A stretch of 63,927 nucleotides of DNA, the filler included, from Thermoplasmatota archaeon (GTDB taxonomy: Archaea; Thermoplasmatota; E2; JACPAO01; JAHFTW01), in assembly GCA_041623215.1 (NCBI GenBank). It is 6 parts of 6 records of this genome, joined end to end, with 100 filler letters (N's around TTAATTAATTAA, not from the genome) between each part and the next. Parts side by side here need not be neighbours in the genome. Positions count along the whole stretch, not along the records: positions 43,138 to 53,520 come from JBFJXH010000061.1; positions 53,621 to 63,927 come from JBFJXH010000062.1; 4 more parts are not named here. One strand, written 5' to 3'. Position 1 is the stretch's first letter; every line of letters begins with the position of its first letter. Position numbers and translations under genes: made by a program. The notes beneath the pieces were generated by a model. It saw only the letters and a program-made list of their open reading frames with translations, made no database searches and was not told the origin of the DNA. This document shows positions 46,950-57,162 of this stretch, piece by piece.

Positions 46950-48089
46950 CTACTTGAGCAAGTGGTTGCTGATGACCAATCGCTGGATTTCGCTGGTACC
47001 CTCGTAGATTTCCGTAATCTTTGCGTCGCGGAAATTACGTTCTACGGGGTAGTCCTTGGTGTAGCCGTTGCCGCCGTGAATCTGAATCGCCTCCGTAGCG
47101 GCCCACATGGCGGTCTCGCTCGCGTACACTTTGGCCATGCTAGCCTCCTTGGAGTAGGCAGCTTTTTGGTCCTTCAACTGGGCAGCGCGCCAGATGAGGA
47201 GGCGGGCTGCGTCGATGCGGGTTGCCATGTCCGCAAGCTTCCATTGGATGGCTTGGTTGGCGGCGATGGGCTTGCCAAATTGGACGCGCTCTTTGGCGTA
47301 GTCGAGGCTCGCGTCGTAGGCGGCCCGGGCAATCCCTAGCGCCTGCGAGGCAATGCCCAGCCGGCCTCCGTCGAGCGTCTGCATGGCAATTTTGAATCCC
47401 ATGCCTTCGTCGCCGAGTCGATTTTCGACCGGGACATGGACGTTTTCGAAGAAGAGGGGACAGCAGGGTGCGCCTCGGATGCCTAGTTTGTCTTCCGTCT
47501 TGCCCACTTCGAAGCCATCGAAGCCCTTCTCGACGATGAAGGCCGACTGGCCCTTGTGGCGGGCCGCCGCGTCGGTTTGCGCAAACACGATGTAGGTTTC
47601 CGCAGGGCCGGCGTTGGTGATGAACAACTTCTGGCCGTTCAGAACGTAGTGGTCGCCGTCTAGAGCAGCGGTGGTTTGCATGCTCACAACGTCGCTGCCA
47701 GCATTGGGCTCTGTGAGTCCATAGGCGCCAATGCGGCGACCTTGCAACATGTCGGTTAGGTACCGCTCGTGCTGGTCGTCGCTGCCAAACGTGTAGAGAG
47801 GCCACCCGGAGAGGCTATTGTTGACACTGGCGATGACGCCCGTTGATGCGCAGGCTGCAGACAGTTCCTCAATGGCGATGCAGTAACTAACCATGTCCGT
47901 GCCGGCTCCGCCCTTCTCGGCGGGGAAATTCATGCCCATGAGGCCAAGGGCGCTCATTTCGTCGATGATGGGCTGCGGATACCAGTGGTCACGGTCGATG
48001 CGCTCCGCTTCTGGCTTGACGCGGGTCTCGGCGAACTCCCGCACTGTTTGCTGAATGAGTGCCTGTTCGTCCGTCAAGGAGAAGTCCAT
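46950..48089 (-). CDS. Short-chain (butyryl-CoA-type) acyl-CoA dehydrogenase
   Basis: GLTEPNAGSD, KLFITN, LDGGRLGIA, RVQFG, QIHGGNGY, EIYEGTSEIQR. Confidence 0.95.
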   Translation of the reverse strand: MDFSLTDEQALIQQTVREFAETRVKPEAERIDRDHWYPQPIIDEMSALGLMGMNFPAEKGGAGTDMVSYCIAIEELSAACASTGVIASVNNSLSGWPLYTFGSDDQHERYLTDMLQGRRIGAYGLTEPNAGSDVVSMQTTAALDGDHYVLNGQKLFITNAGPAETYIVFAQTDAAARHKGQSAFIVEKGFDGFEVGKTEDKLGIRGAPCCPLFFENVHVPVENRLGDEGMGFKIAMQTLDGGRLGIASQALGIARAAYDASLDYAKERVQFGKPIAANQAIQWKLADMATRIDAARLLIWRAAQLKDQKAAYSKEASMAKVYASETAMWAATEAIQIHGGNGYTKDYPVERNFRDAKITEIYEGTSEIQRLVISNHLLK

Positions 48090-48214
48090 GGGGGCCGCCA
48101 CCAGGGGTGGCGTGATAAGGGCGCGGGCCCGCCTCCCACGCGCCAGGGCTGCCCCCGGCAGTGGCTTCACTTGCCTCGCCGACTTTCTCAAGGCGGGCTG
48201 CACGAATCGACTGT

Positions 48215-48565
48215 GTGGACCCTATTGTGTGGCTAGCGGTTGGTGCCACGTTGCTAGCTGTGTTGTTGGCTTGGCGTCTTTTCGTGGTGTCTCGCCGCCT
48301 GAAAGTGGTCGCAGCAAGCAAACAGTCGATGGCGACGCGGCACGGCCAAGCGGTCGAGCAATTTGCGCCGCTTCTTGACCAGTGGCCGTGGGACCCGGCT
48401 CGCTTTCGCTTCCTCGGGTCCCCCATTGATGGCATCCAATTCACGGACGAGGCGGTCCTTCTTGTTGAAATCAAGGCGGCCAAGTCGAAGCTGTCTCCCG
48501 CGCAGCGACGGATTCGCAATCAAGTGAGCCAAGGCAAGGTACGGTGGCAAGAAGTGCGTCTATAG
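48215..48565 (+). CDS. Holliday-junction-resolvase-like endonuclease (Endonuc_Holl family) with N-terminal TM
   Basis: GQAVEQFAP, RFLGSPIDGIQF, LVEIK, LSPAQRRIR. Confidence 0.8.
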   Translation: MDPIVWLAVGATLLAVLLAWRLFVVSRRLKVVAASKQSMATRHGQAVEQFAPLLDQWPWDPARFRFLGSPIDGIQFTDEAVLLVEIKAAKSKLSPAQRRIRNQVSQGKVRWQEVRL

Positions 48566-48614
48566 GCGCCCGGCCCCCGGCATCTTCAAATGCAAGGGGC
48601 AGGAGCGCGAAGCC

Positions 48615-49652
48615 GTGCTGGAGCGCGTCCCCACTGTCCCCACCAGCCAGGAACTCCTGGATCAGGCCTTCGGCCGCGCCAGCAAGCTTGAGGTCAACGA
48701 CCCGGTGAAATACCACCGGGTCCGCAAAACCCTGGAAGCGCGCCTCAAATCGGTTGCCGACACCACGGTCACGAAATTGGACCGCATTCACAATGCGTTC
48801 CCGAACCTTGACCATGTGCGCGACTACGAATTGGAAATGCTCCGCATCCTAGTGGGCGAGCACGAGTTGAAGCGAGCGCTTGGTAGTGTCGGCTGGGCAG
48901 CACGAACCATTCGGCAACTGTGCGGCGACGAACTACGCGCTTTCCAACGAATTCGCGACATTGACGGTTTCCACAAAGCCCAGAAGCGAGTGTATGGTCG
49001 CATCGCAGACATCATCAACGACCTGGACGGACCCCTAGCAATTCTTGCCGACGCGCGTGAGAAGGCACGCCACTTGCCCACCGTTGACCCACAGTATGCG
49101 ACGATTGTCATTGCAGGCTTCCCCAACGTCGGCAAGTCCAGCCTGCTGGCCCGCTGGACACGTGCGTCCCCCGAGATTGCCAGCTATGCCTTCACGACCA
49201 AGCAGTCCAACGTAGGCCACTTGGAGGCGACGAACCAATGGGGTGAGCCAGTCATGGTGCAATTGGTGGATACGCCGGGCCTATTGGACAGGCCGGATGC
49301 CAAGCGGAATCCGGTGGAGCGACAGGCGGTTGCGGCCCTTCGCCATGCGGCTGACGCCGTCCTTTTCATTGTGGACCCGAGCGAAACCAGCGGCTTCACC
49401 GTCGGGCAGCAGGATGCGCTTCTCGAGCAAACCCGCAGTGAAATGGTTGGTATTCCATTCCTCGTAGCCGAGAGCAAATCGGACTTACACCAAAGTGGCA
49501 CCCAGGGGCGCGTGGCCTTCAGTAGTGAAACCGGCGAGGGACTGGATGAGCTTGCCACCGCCATCTTGCAGGCCCTGCCAAGCGACGAGGACCTTGAGGA
49601 GGACCCTCTCGAAGCTTGGCAAGCGGCTCCGGATGATGGCGACGATTGGTAG
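48615..49652 (+). CDS. NOG1 family GTPase
   Basis: VPTSQELLDQAF, GFPNVGKSS, SYAFTTK, DTPGLLDRP, SKSD. Confidence 0.92.
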   Translation: MLERVPTVPTSQELLDQAFGRASKLEVNDPVKYHRVRKTLEARLKSVADTTVTKLDRIHNAFPNLDHVRDYELEMLRILVGEHELKRALGSVGWAARTIRQLCGDELRAFQRIRDIDGFHKAQKRVYGRIADIINDLDGPLAILADAREKARHLPTVDPQYATIVIAGFPNVGKSSLLARWTRASPEIASYAFTTKQSNVGHLEATNQWGEPVMVQLVDTPGLLDRPDAKRNPVERQAVAALRHAADAVLFIVDPSETSGFTVGQQDALLEQTRSEMVGIPFLVAESKSDLHQSGTQGRVAFSSETGEGLDELATAILQALPSDEDLEEDPLEAWQAAPDDGDDW

Positions 49653-49668
49653 TTACCAGTGGGTTCCC

Positions 49669-50331
49669 CTAGGGTAGGCAAGCCTCAACGTGGGCAACGC
49701 TTCCCTTGAGGCTTCGCGCGGCTTGCTCGCCTTGTGGAGACGCTCCGTGACCGCAATGGAGCACGGCAACCGGCAAGCGCTCCAGGCGCAGCACCGACTC
49801 GGCGAGCTGCCTGACATTGCCGTCGGGAAAATCAAAGCGGCCAATGCCGCCATCCGCAAACACGGTGTCCCCTGCAAAGAGGACCCCATCCGATGGATTC
49901 CAGAAGCAGCACGAGCCGGGCGAATGCCCGGGCGTAAGAAGCACTTCGTGGTCCGCCCCGCCGAGCGCCAGGCGGTCGCCGTCCTCAACTTGGGTGTCCA
50001 CCAGCAACTTGGGGATGTCCTGCCCAAACATGGCGGAGGTTGGGTCGTGCCCGGCGGCCAACTTGGCGGCTGTGGCTGGGCTGCTGGCGATCTTGGCCCC
50101 TAGCTGTTGCCACAGCGGCAGCCCGTTGACGTGGTCAAGGTGCTCGTGGGTGACGGCCACAATCCGGATGCGATGTGGGTCCACCAAGCTTGCTACTTGT
50201 TTGACCAACAGGGCATGGTTGACTCCGATACCGGCATCCACCAGGTCGTACTGGTTCGACTTGGGGTCCTTGAGCAAGAACACGTTGCAGTCAAAGCCTT
50301 GGCTTGCCAGGAGGTGTGCCCCGGCGGCCAT
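49669..50331 (-). CDS. MBL-fold metallo-hydrolase
   Basis: THEHLDH, TPGHSPG, AGDTVF, GHG. Confidence 0.9.
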   Translation of the reverse strand: MAAGAHLLASQGFDCNVFLLKDPKSNQYDLVDAGIGVNHALLVKQVASLVDPHRIRIVAVTHEHLDHVNGLPLWQQLGAKIASSPATAAKLAAGHDPTSAMFGQDIPKLLVDTQVEDGDRLALGGADHEVLLTPGHSPGSCCFWNPSDGVLFAGDTVFADGGIGRFDFPDGNVRQLAESVLRLERLPVAVLHCGHGASPQGEQAARSLKGSVAHVEACLP

Positions 50332-51455
50332 CAGCGCTCCGGGATGTCCAGATACGGCTCCACGGCGGTCAATGTGATGGCGTGGTGGGCGATGGCCGCG
50401 AGGTTGCCCAAGATTGCGACGATGGGGGTGCTGAGTTGGTAGAATGCGTTAGCTAAGCCGCGTTCGTCGTCGCTGATTTGGGTTCCCCAGGCGTCCATGA
50501 CGGCGTCGAAGATGCCGGCCTGAAGTCCCAATTGGGCCCCGCGCGCGGTTCCTTGCAGGTGCCGGAGGGCCGCGATATCCCGTGACAACAGCGCTGCGGC
50601 ACCGGCCGCTAGTCCCTCAGCCGCCGATTGCAGGGTGTCTGAATACTGTTCGGCCATGGCCCGCATGACCGGCCCCGGTATGGGCGGTAGGCGGACCTTT
50701 TCCTGAATGTGGGCAGTCGGATAGTCAAGGTCGGACAACTGCAAGCCGTACAGGTCCAGCAAGGCAGCCGCCACTTGCCGTGTGTGCTGTCCAATGCGGT
50801 CCAATTGGGCGGCTGTGAGGTCCAGCAGTTGCAAGTCGCTGACCGACTGGACCGGCAAGTCGATGGTGGCCACGGCCCTCAATGTTTGATAGAAAATGCG
50901 GGCGATGTCGAACTCGACCGTGTCTCGAAGCAGGCGGAGGGTGTGCAGCGTCCGCTCGGGGTCATGGGCGACGGTGGTAATCGCGTCGGCTGCCAGCGTC
51001 ATCGCCTCTTGGACGCGGGCCACGAGCACCATGGCGGCGTCCGTTCCCGCAGTGGACGGCGGCAGGTCGGGGTTGATGTGGAATCCAATGGATGCGGGCC
51101 CGGCAGTCGCCACGATGCGTTCGTCAAGGTGACGCAGAAAATCTCGGGCGGCAAGGATGGCATCGTTGCCGAAGTGCCCTTCCTCGGCAGGCGTCAGCGT
51201 GACGTCGGTGGCTCCCCGTACGTACGCCGACAGCAGGATGCGGCGAACCGTTTTTGGGTCGGTATCCACGGCGGCGCTCACCGTGCGGTCTGCCAGCACT
51301 GGTGCTACGACGATGGCTTCGCCGATGGTGTAGAGATCCACTTCGCGGCCGGCCTGTTGCTCTGGCGTCCAAGCGTCAATCCACTTCTTGGGCAGGTAGA
51401 TGGACCACGCTCCGCTGCCAACCTTCGTGATTCGCTTACGGATGACTGCATCCAC
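50331..51455 (-). CDS. AbrB-N-terminal/PhoU-like phosphate uptake regulator
   Basis: KRITKVGSGAWSIYLPKKW (AbrB-like), RILLSAYVRG, helical PhoU-like repeats. Confidence 0.7.
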   Translation of the reverse strand: MDAVIRKRITKVGSGAWSIYLPKKWIDAWTPEQQAGREVDLYTIGEAIVVAPVLADRTVSAAVDTDPKTVRRILLSAYVRGATDVTLTPAEEGHFGNDAILAARDFLRHLDERIVATAGPASIGFHINPDLPPSTAGTDAAMVLVARVQEAMTLAADAITTVAHDPERTLHTLRLLRDTVEFDIARIFYQTLRAVATIDLPVQSVSDLQLLDLTAAQLDRIGQHTRQVAAALLDLYGLQLSDLDYPTAHIQEKVRLPPIPGPVMRAMAEQYSDTLQSAAEGLAAGAAALLSRDIAALRHLQGTARGAQLGLQAGIFDAVMDAWGTQISDDERGLANAFYQLSTPIVAILGNLAAIAHHAITLTAVEPYLDIPER

Positions 51456-51475
51456 ACCTGTAGATGTGCGTGGGG

Positions 51476-52870
51476 TTACGTAAGCCTGATGCGGCGGCGC
51501 GATGCCGCCAGCACAGCCAGCAACGCTCCTAGCATGACCACGAGGGGCAAGCTAGGGGAGTCTTCGCCTTCACTTGCCACAGCTTCTTCGTCGGCGTCAC
51601 CACGCGGCGCGCTGTCCAACGGGACGGCGGATGACGCGAGCTGTCGGCTTGACTCGGGGTGTACCATGGCGGCCAGCAGGCCGGCACGTTCGTGGTCTAT
51701 GGTGTAAATCCATTGGCCATCGTCGGCAATGCCGGTGGGCAGGCCATGTTTAGCTAGGGTGTCGGTCAAATCGGTTGGACTACGGTACGCCGGCGCAAGG
51801 GGACCACGACGGATCTCGCCAGGCTCGCCGGTAACCGGGTTGTCTGGCCACGCTTCAAGGTACTCCTGCAGCGGTTCCTCCACATTGAGGCGGCTCGATT
51901 CGCGCTTGGCATCCACGAAGACTTGCGCATGATTGCTAACGTAGGCAAGTGTCGCATCCATGAGGACGCGGTGGGCGTCCACGCGGCGTTCCTCCGACAC
52001 GAACGGGTTGGGCACCGCAGAGGGAACGAACGATTCAACCAGGATGCCAGCCACATTGTTGAGGCCGAAGTTGTTGCGAAGAATACCGGGGTCGGGGCCG
52101 CCGGCAGCATGTTGGATAGGTACACCGGCTGCGGTTTGCTCGCCGTATTCGTTGATGGAGTAGCCCGCTTCTTCAGCCGCCGGCCACATGCCCTCATACA
52201 TGAGTCGCTGCGCCGCGTCCATGGTTGGCTGCCGGACGTTGCCGTGGCGTGGGAACAATGTGGTCAAGTCGTGGTCGTACGCACGGACGGGATTGGGGTA
52301 TCCCGTTCCCGCCCCGGAGTACTCGTGGTGGTCAACGCCCACATGAACGTCCCAGGACTGGAAGATGCCATGCACCGCCTGCGTTTCCGGCTCCTCCAAA
52401 TGCACATGGTCGCGATTCAGGTCGGTGCCCACGCCGTTTCCACGTTGCCGGGCCTCGGCACCATCTGGATTCCCCATAGGGGCAAGCAACAGAACCTGAT
52501 TTGCTAGGGTTCGGCGAAGCTCGTGGCCATCGGTAGCTAGGTCATCGAGCAGGTCGAGGGCGGCGGGAGTACCGGCGGGCTCGTTACCGTGCTGCTGGGT
52601 TAGGATGAGCGTTACGACCCGCTCGTTCATCGGCACGTCGCTGGCAGGGTCCGTCACCACGGTTAGGTACAGTTCGCGTCCAGAAGTAGAGGTCCCGATG
52701 GCTTGCAAGTCAATCCACTCGGGTGCAGCGGCGGCGGCGGCCTGAACTCGCGCTACCACTTCGTCGTGATTCGGAAAGGACGATTCGCCGAACTGCGCCA
52801 TGGCGCCCGGCGGTGCGCCAAGGACAAGTGCCAATGTGACGCAGAGAACAACGCCGACATGCCGCTTCAT
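51476..52870 (-). CDS. Secreted M14 zinc carboxypeptidase with C-terminal membrane anchor
   Basis: Signal peptide, HGNE, NPDG, DLNRDH, DHHE, C-terminal TM + RRR. Confidence 0.88.
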   Translation of the reverse strand: MKRHVGVVLCVTLALVLGAPPGAMAQFGESSFPNHDEVVARVQAAAAAAPEWIDLQAIGTSTSGRELYLTVVTDPASDVPMNERVVTLILTQQHGNEPAGTPAALDLLDDLATDGHELRRTLANQVLLLAPMGNPDGAEARQRGNGVGTDLNRDHVHLEEPETQAVHGIFQSWDVHVGVDHHEYSGAGTGYPNPVRAYDHDLTTLFPRHGNVRQPTMDAAQRLMYEGMWPAAEEAGYSINEYGEQTAAGVPIQHAAGGPDPGILRNNFGLNNVAGILVESFVPSAVPNPFVSEERRVDAHRVLMDATLAYVSNHAQVFVDAKRESSRLNVEEPLQEYLEAWPDNPVTGEPGEIRRGPLAPAYRSPTDLTDTLAKHGLPTGIADDGQWIYTIDHERAGLLAAMVHPESSRQLASSAVPLDSAPRGDADEEAVASEGEDSPSLPLVVMLGALLAVLAASRRRIRLT

Positions 52871-52893
52871 GGCCGCGCACAATCGTGCGCGGT

Positions 52894-53520
52894 CTAAGGT
52901 TTGATGTGTCCGTCGGGCCCGAAGCCTCGCAGGCCAGAGACGAACCGCTGCAAGACCGAAATCATGCCCGCGATGCCAAAGTAGGCGAGCATGGCTTCTG
53001 GCAGACTCGTAACGATGCGGCCGTAGGCAAACGTGATGCCAAATTCGTACAGGACGGCGGTCAGCATCGGCACGGCCATCATGATGACCAAGCGGTCGGC
53101 GCGGCCCAGCATGCCACCATAGTTGCGGCCTAGGCCGATGGCTTGCGCCTGCGTGCCCAGGTAGCTGGTTAGCAAGGTGCCGATGATGGCCAACAAGCCC
53201 CACTCCATGCGTGCCCACGGGCTAAACGCAATGCCCGCGATGAGGACCGCGTCGCTGAAGCGATCCAGCGCATGATCTAGGTAGTCGCCCTTGGGCGTCA
53301 TGCGCCCGGTAATCGTGGCTACTTTGCCGTCAAGAACATCAAGCACCCCATTGGCAATTGTGCAAAGCGCGGCAACCCACAGGAGCCACAGCGCCTCGGG
53401 GCCACTTTGCCAGAAGGCCAAGCCGCCAGCCACGGCGAAGGCGAAGCTAATCCACGTGATGGTGTTGGGATTGATGTTGCGGCACGCCTTGGCAAGGGGG
53501 ACGAGCCACCAGTCGAGCAC
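52894..53520 (-). CDS. CDP-alcohol phosphatidyltransferase (archaetidylinositol-phosphate/glycerophosphate synthase-like), likely 5'-truncated
   Basis: NPNTIT, DVLDGKVA...GDYLDHALDRFSD, SYLG, RADR. Confidence 0.9.
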   Translation of the reverse strand: MLDWWLVPLAKACRNINPNTITWISFAFAVAGGLAFWQSGPEALWLLWVAALCTIANGVLDVLDGKVATITGRMTPKGDYLDHALDRFSDAVLIAGIAFSPWARMEWGLLAIIGTLLTSYLGTQAQAIGLGRNYGGMLGRADRLVIMMAVPMLTAVLYEFGITFAYGRIVTSLPEAMLAYFGIAGMISVLQRFVSGLRGFGPDGHIKP

Positions 53521-53620
53521 NNNNNNNNNNNNNNNNNNNNNNNNNNNNNNNNNNNNNNNNNNNNTTAATTAATTAANNNNNNNNNNNNNNNNNNNNNNNN
53601 NNNNNNNNNNNNNNNNNNNN
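53521..53620. other. Artificial contig linker
   Basis: N44-TTAATTAATTAA-N44. Confidence 0.99.
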
Positions 53621-54864
53621 CCGCCAGCCGTGGTCACATCGACGCCCCAGTAGTGGTCGCCATAGGCAGGCGCGATGGTTTCAGGCGGCACCGTGGGCAG
53701 GCCGCCATCCCCGGGCAGGCCGTAGTCCGCCAGCACGGCCTCCGCATCGAGGTCAAGGACCACGTAGCGCGGATTGGCGGTACCAAGCAGAAAATGGAGG
53801 TTACCCCAGGGGTCGTCGGTGAGCCACATGACGCTCCCCGCTTGGCCAAGTAGTTCAGGCAGCCCCGCCGGCTTGGTCCAGTTACGTCCATCGTAACTGA
53901 CCGTGTAATCGTCGCCGGGGCAGCCCTCAGCCGTCAGAAACAGTGCATCACGGGCTACCGCAAGCTTGGGCCAGTAACAATCCATGTCCAACTCGGCCCA
54001 CAAGGCGAGCGAGCCGTCCACGGCGTCCAGTGCGTAGACATGCACGGAATACTCGGAGTCGCCGCCACTGCGATGGCTACAAGCAAACAGGGCGGCCCCG
54101 GCGAAGAAGGCCATTTCGGAGATGGTGATGCAATCATCCGCAACTTGTCCACGCTCTTGCACGGTCCAGGAGTCGCCACGATCCGTTGACCAAGCGACCT
54201 CGGATAACGACCCAACGCGTTGCCACGGTACGTAGATGGTTCCATCGGGGCCAATATTGAGCCAGTTGCGATCATTATCGTCTTGGTCCGACAAAACCAC
54301 CGGCGGGCTCCACGACGCGCCAAAGTCGTCGCTTCGCGTGTAGAATACGTTGTAGCCGCGTGCGCGCGAATGGCTAGCAATTCCACTGACGTGAAGAGCC
54401 CCCTCTTCGTCAAACTGCATCGCCGGGTCGCCGACCACGGAGTTCTCCACCGGCTCAAACGTCACGTCGGGGTCCGGCACATAAGGCAACTGACTCTTGG
54501 TCCAAGTTTCGCCGCCGTCGGTCGTGATGAAGATGTCGAGTCGGACCATGTCATACCCTGGGCGCTCCCCATGGTCGCTAAGGCCGTCGGTCGTATGACC
54601 TGCGTTGACGCCAATCGCCATAATGGCCGGGTCATCAGGGTGCAGGGCAATGAACGGTTCTTGATTGCTTTCCGTCAGGCTGGCGATGCGGTAGCTACAG
54701 ACGCCTTCATGGTCAGCCCCGCCAGGTGGACACACCAGGGCGAAGGTACCTGGTGCGGCAGGAAGGCGGTCTGCGGATTCATCCGTTGCTAGGTCTTCAT
54801 CGTCTGGTGCGGCACAGCCGGAGAGAACGAGCAGGCCGACCGCCAGCACGGCGCCGATACGCAT
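53621..54864 (-). CDS. Lipoprotein with BNR/Asp-box (sialidase-like) propeller, 3'-truncated
   Basis: LSGC lipobox; TTDGGETW, SDDFGASW, STDRGDSW, SYDGRNW; DRNW. Confidence 0.8.
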
Positions 54865-54938
54865 GCGAGGGCACTTCGCCGGCCAGCATTAGAGCTGACG
54901 GCGCGGCATTCACAGCCGCGAACAAATGCCGCCAAGCA

Positions 54939-55574
54939 TCATGTTGCGGCGCGCAGGGCGGCCGCCACGCCCGCCAGCCGGGGAACAGGCACAATGGCGA
55001 GCACGGCGCCGTCAGCGGCGGCAACTGCTTCTTGGATGCCGGATGCCATAGCTTCCTCCCGCGCCTTTTCAATTGCCTTCAGAGGCTTGAGGTCATTCAG
55101 GGCGTCGTCCCACCAGGTGGCGACCTCGTACGCATCGGAGCCCGCCGGAGGCGCTTGCTTCAGGAGCCGCTTCTGTAGGCGATTGCTCTTCACGACGCCC
55201 ATGAAGCCCACCTTGTGCGTGTAGAGGCGCGTATGCGTTTCATCATCGAGGTCCGCGGCCGACAGGGGCACATTGGCTTCCATGGCCAATCCATAGGCGA
55301 CGCTCAGGTCCGGACTGGGAATCGTGCAGGTGCCAAAGGGCTCCAAGTGCTTGAAGAGCACTTGGTCCAATTCAGGCGCCTCGGGCAACTCCTTCACCAG
55401 CGACGGTTCCGTGGCGAGCGCCGCGAGCCCCTCCAAGTCTTCGGGTGGAATCCCCAAGACAACTGCTCTGGGGCCCGTCTTCGTGAAGGCATGTTCAACG
55501 CGCTTACCATCCGGCTCAAAACCGGGAATCGTGCCAAGCAGAAGGGCGTTGCCGACGCGGACCTCAATCTCCAC
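54939..55574 (-). CDS. Hypothetical protein (TraB-like alpha/beta pattern possible)
   Basis: Coding-like ORF with REEAMA and VLAIVP...RLAGV C-terminus; start uncertain. Confidence 0.6.
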   Translation of the reverse strand: MEIEVRVGNALLLGTIPGFEPDGKRVEHAFTKTGPRAVVLGIPPEDLEGLAALATEPSLVKELPEAPELDQVLFKHLEPFGTCTIPSPDLSVAYGLAMEANVPLSAADLDDETHTRLYTHKVGFMGVVKSNRLQKRLLKQAPPAGSDAYEVATWWDDALNDLKPLKAIEKAREEAMASGIQEAVAAADGAVLAIVPVPRLAGVAAALRAAT

Positions 55575-55639
55575 GAGGGGTGGAGTGTGACCTTGCGATT
55601 GACCGTTGCGGCCAAGTGCGGGGCCAACCTCGGTCCCCT

Positions 55640-56662
55640 GTGTTTGCCGGGGTCGGCCTTGTGGTTGCCGTTGCCATTGTCGCCTGGGCCCTGGGAATCC
55701 TCGTGCCGGCCGTGCCGACCAGTCTTTGGGCAGTCGGCATTGGCATCGTCGCATCTACGGCGGCCCGCGGGTGGAACGCGCCGGCACGTCGCGGCATTGC
55801 CGGTAGCGCCCGCTGGGGTTTGATCATTGGCCTGGCCGGCCTTGGTCTACAAGTGGACGGCGCAGCCCTGTGGGCAACCGGGCCCCCGGCAGTCATCCTG
55901 GCAGCCCTGGCCGTTGGCGGGGCCATGGCCACGGGCGCGCTTTTCCTGCGGACGCAGGCGAGCAAACCCAATCGTCGCGACAGCTTGGCCTGGCTGCTCG
56001 CTATTGGCACTGGCGTGTGCGGTGCAAGTGCCATCGTAGCCGCACGAGGAGTTGTTGGTGCGAAAGCCCGCGACGCGGCGAGCGCGGTTGCCGCAGTCAC
56101 CTTGCTTGGCACACTCGGCATGCTGCTGCTGCCCCTTGTGGGCCAGTTGTTGAACTTGGACGCGGCAACCTACGGCGCTTGGGTCGGCGCTTCCTTGCAT
56201 GCGGTGCCACAAGTCATGGCCGCAGCTGCTGCGCATCCTGCCTCAGGCCCCGACGCGTCGGCGTCGGCCGCAGCGGTGAAAATGCTGCGCGTCGCTCTGC
56301 TGCCGGTGGCGATGCTGTGGCTAGGCCGCCGCTTGCGGGCCCCTGAACGTAACGACCGGGCCGGCGTCGCGGCCACCCATGGGCGAGTGCCCATGGAGGT
56401 GTGGGTGTTCGGGGCGGCGTTGTTGGCTGGGCTCGCCTGGCAGGCGAGTACCCTGTTTCCCAGTGCGCTGGCGGCACTCGGCGTGGCCGGTCGCCTCGCG
56501 TTTCTCGCGGCGTTTGCAGCTTTGGGCCTTCAAACGGATGTCAAGGACATGGCCGCATCCGGCGGCCGCACGCTCTCCCTGGCCATCGTCATCTGGCTCG
56601 TTGTGCTCGTCGTGACTGGAGCCGCCGCCCTACTGCTGATGCCCGCATTGGCAAGCCTATAA
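55640..56662 (+). CDS. YeiH/putative sulfate exporter family membrane protein
   Basis: GTGVCGASAI, YGAWVGASLHAVPQV, VKMLRV, FAALGL; start uncertain. Confidence 0.85.
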   Translation: MFAGVGLVVAVAIVAWALGILVPAVPTSLWAVGIGIVASTAARGWNAPARRGIAGSARWGLIIGLAGLGLQVDGAALWATGPPAVILAALAVGGAMATGALFLRTQASKPNRRDSLAWLLAIGTGVCGASAIVAARGVVGAKARDAASAVAAVTLLGTLGMLLLPLVGQLLNLDAATYGAWVGASLHAVPQVMAAAAAHPASGPDASASAAAVKMLRVALLPVAMLWLGRRLRAPERNDRAGVAATHGRVPMEVWVFGAALLAGLAWQASTLFPSALAALGVAGRLAFLAAFAALGLQTDVKDMAASGGRTLSLAIVIWLVVLVVTGAAALLLMPALASL

Positions 56663-56746
56663 TGGCACACACCAATCCACCAAGGCCCACAAGGGGACAC
56701 AGGCATCCTTCGCTGCTTGGCCTCCCCTGGCATCCGGAGCACCTCC

Positions 56747-57139
56747 ATGAAGATTGACATCGGCTCAGAAGGCAAAATCCTCGGCACCAAGCGCGTTAGC
56801 CCCAATGGCCAAGTCAGTGGCTTGTCGGAGTACGCGGGGGAAGAGGTGCTCATCATCTACCCCGGTCCGCGCGAGCCACGCATCCAGTTGGAAGCCAAAG
56901 ACTACGTCCACGAAGTGGAAAAGGCCGTGCAGAATCAGATGCGCGGCGCCTTTCGCCAATACAAGGCCCTGAAGGACAAGTACAAGGACGAAGGCGACGC
57001 CACGCGCGAGTTCCTGAAGGCCAAGAGCCCTAAGTCTTTCTCCGGCTTGTTCGAAACCGTGGACGAATGGGTCGGCACCCAAGTGGGCAAGGTCGAGAAG
57101 GGCGTGGCGAAGCGGTTGGGCGAAAAGGACGAACAGTAA
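56747..57139 (+). CDS. Small protein with DUF2080/AbrB-like N-terminus and helical C-terminus
   Basis: TKRVSPNGQVSGLSEYAGEEVLII; GGAG SD; strongly biased codon usage. Confidence 0.65.
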   Translation: MKIDIGSEGKILGTKRVSPNGQVSGLSEYAGEEVLIIYPGPREPRIQLEAKDYVHEVEKAVQNQMRGAFRQYKALKDKYKDEGDATREFLKAKSPKSFSGLFETVDEWVGTQVGKVEKGVAKRLGEKDEQ

Positions 57140-57162
57140 TCGGGTCGCCTGCCAGGCAGGAG

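Noticed and set aside
48215..48565. Mobile-element or phage nuclease
   Set aside because: It sits among housekeeping genes, with no integrase, terminal repeats or phage genes.
10922..53620. Five identical TTAATTAATTAA palindromes flanked by Ns, regularly spaced
   Set aside because: These are artificial six-frame-stop contig linkers, not repeats or CRISPR. Gene adjacency across them is meaningless, and ORFs containing X runs are truncated genes.
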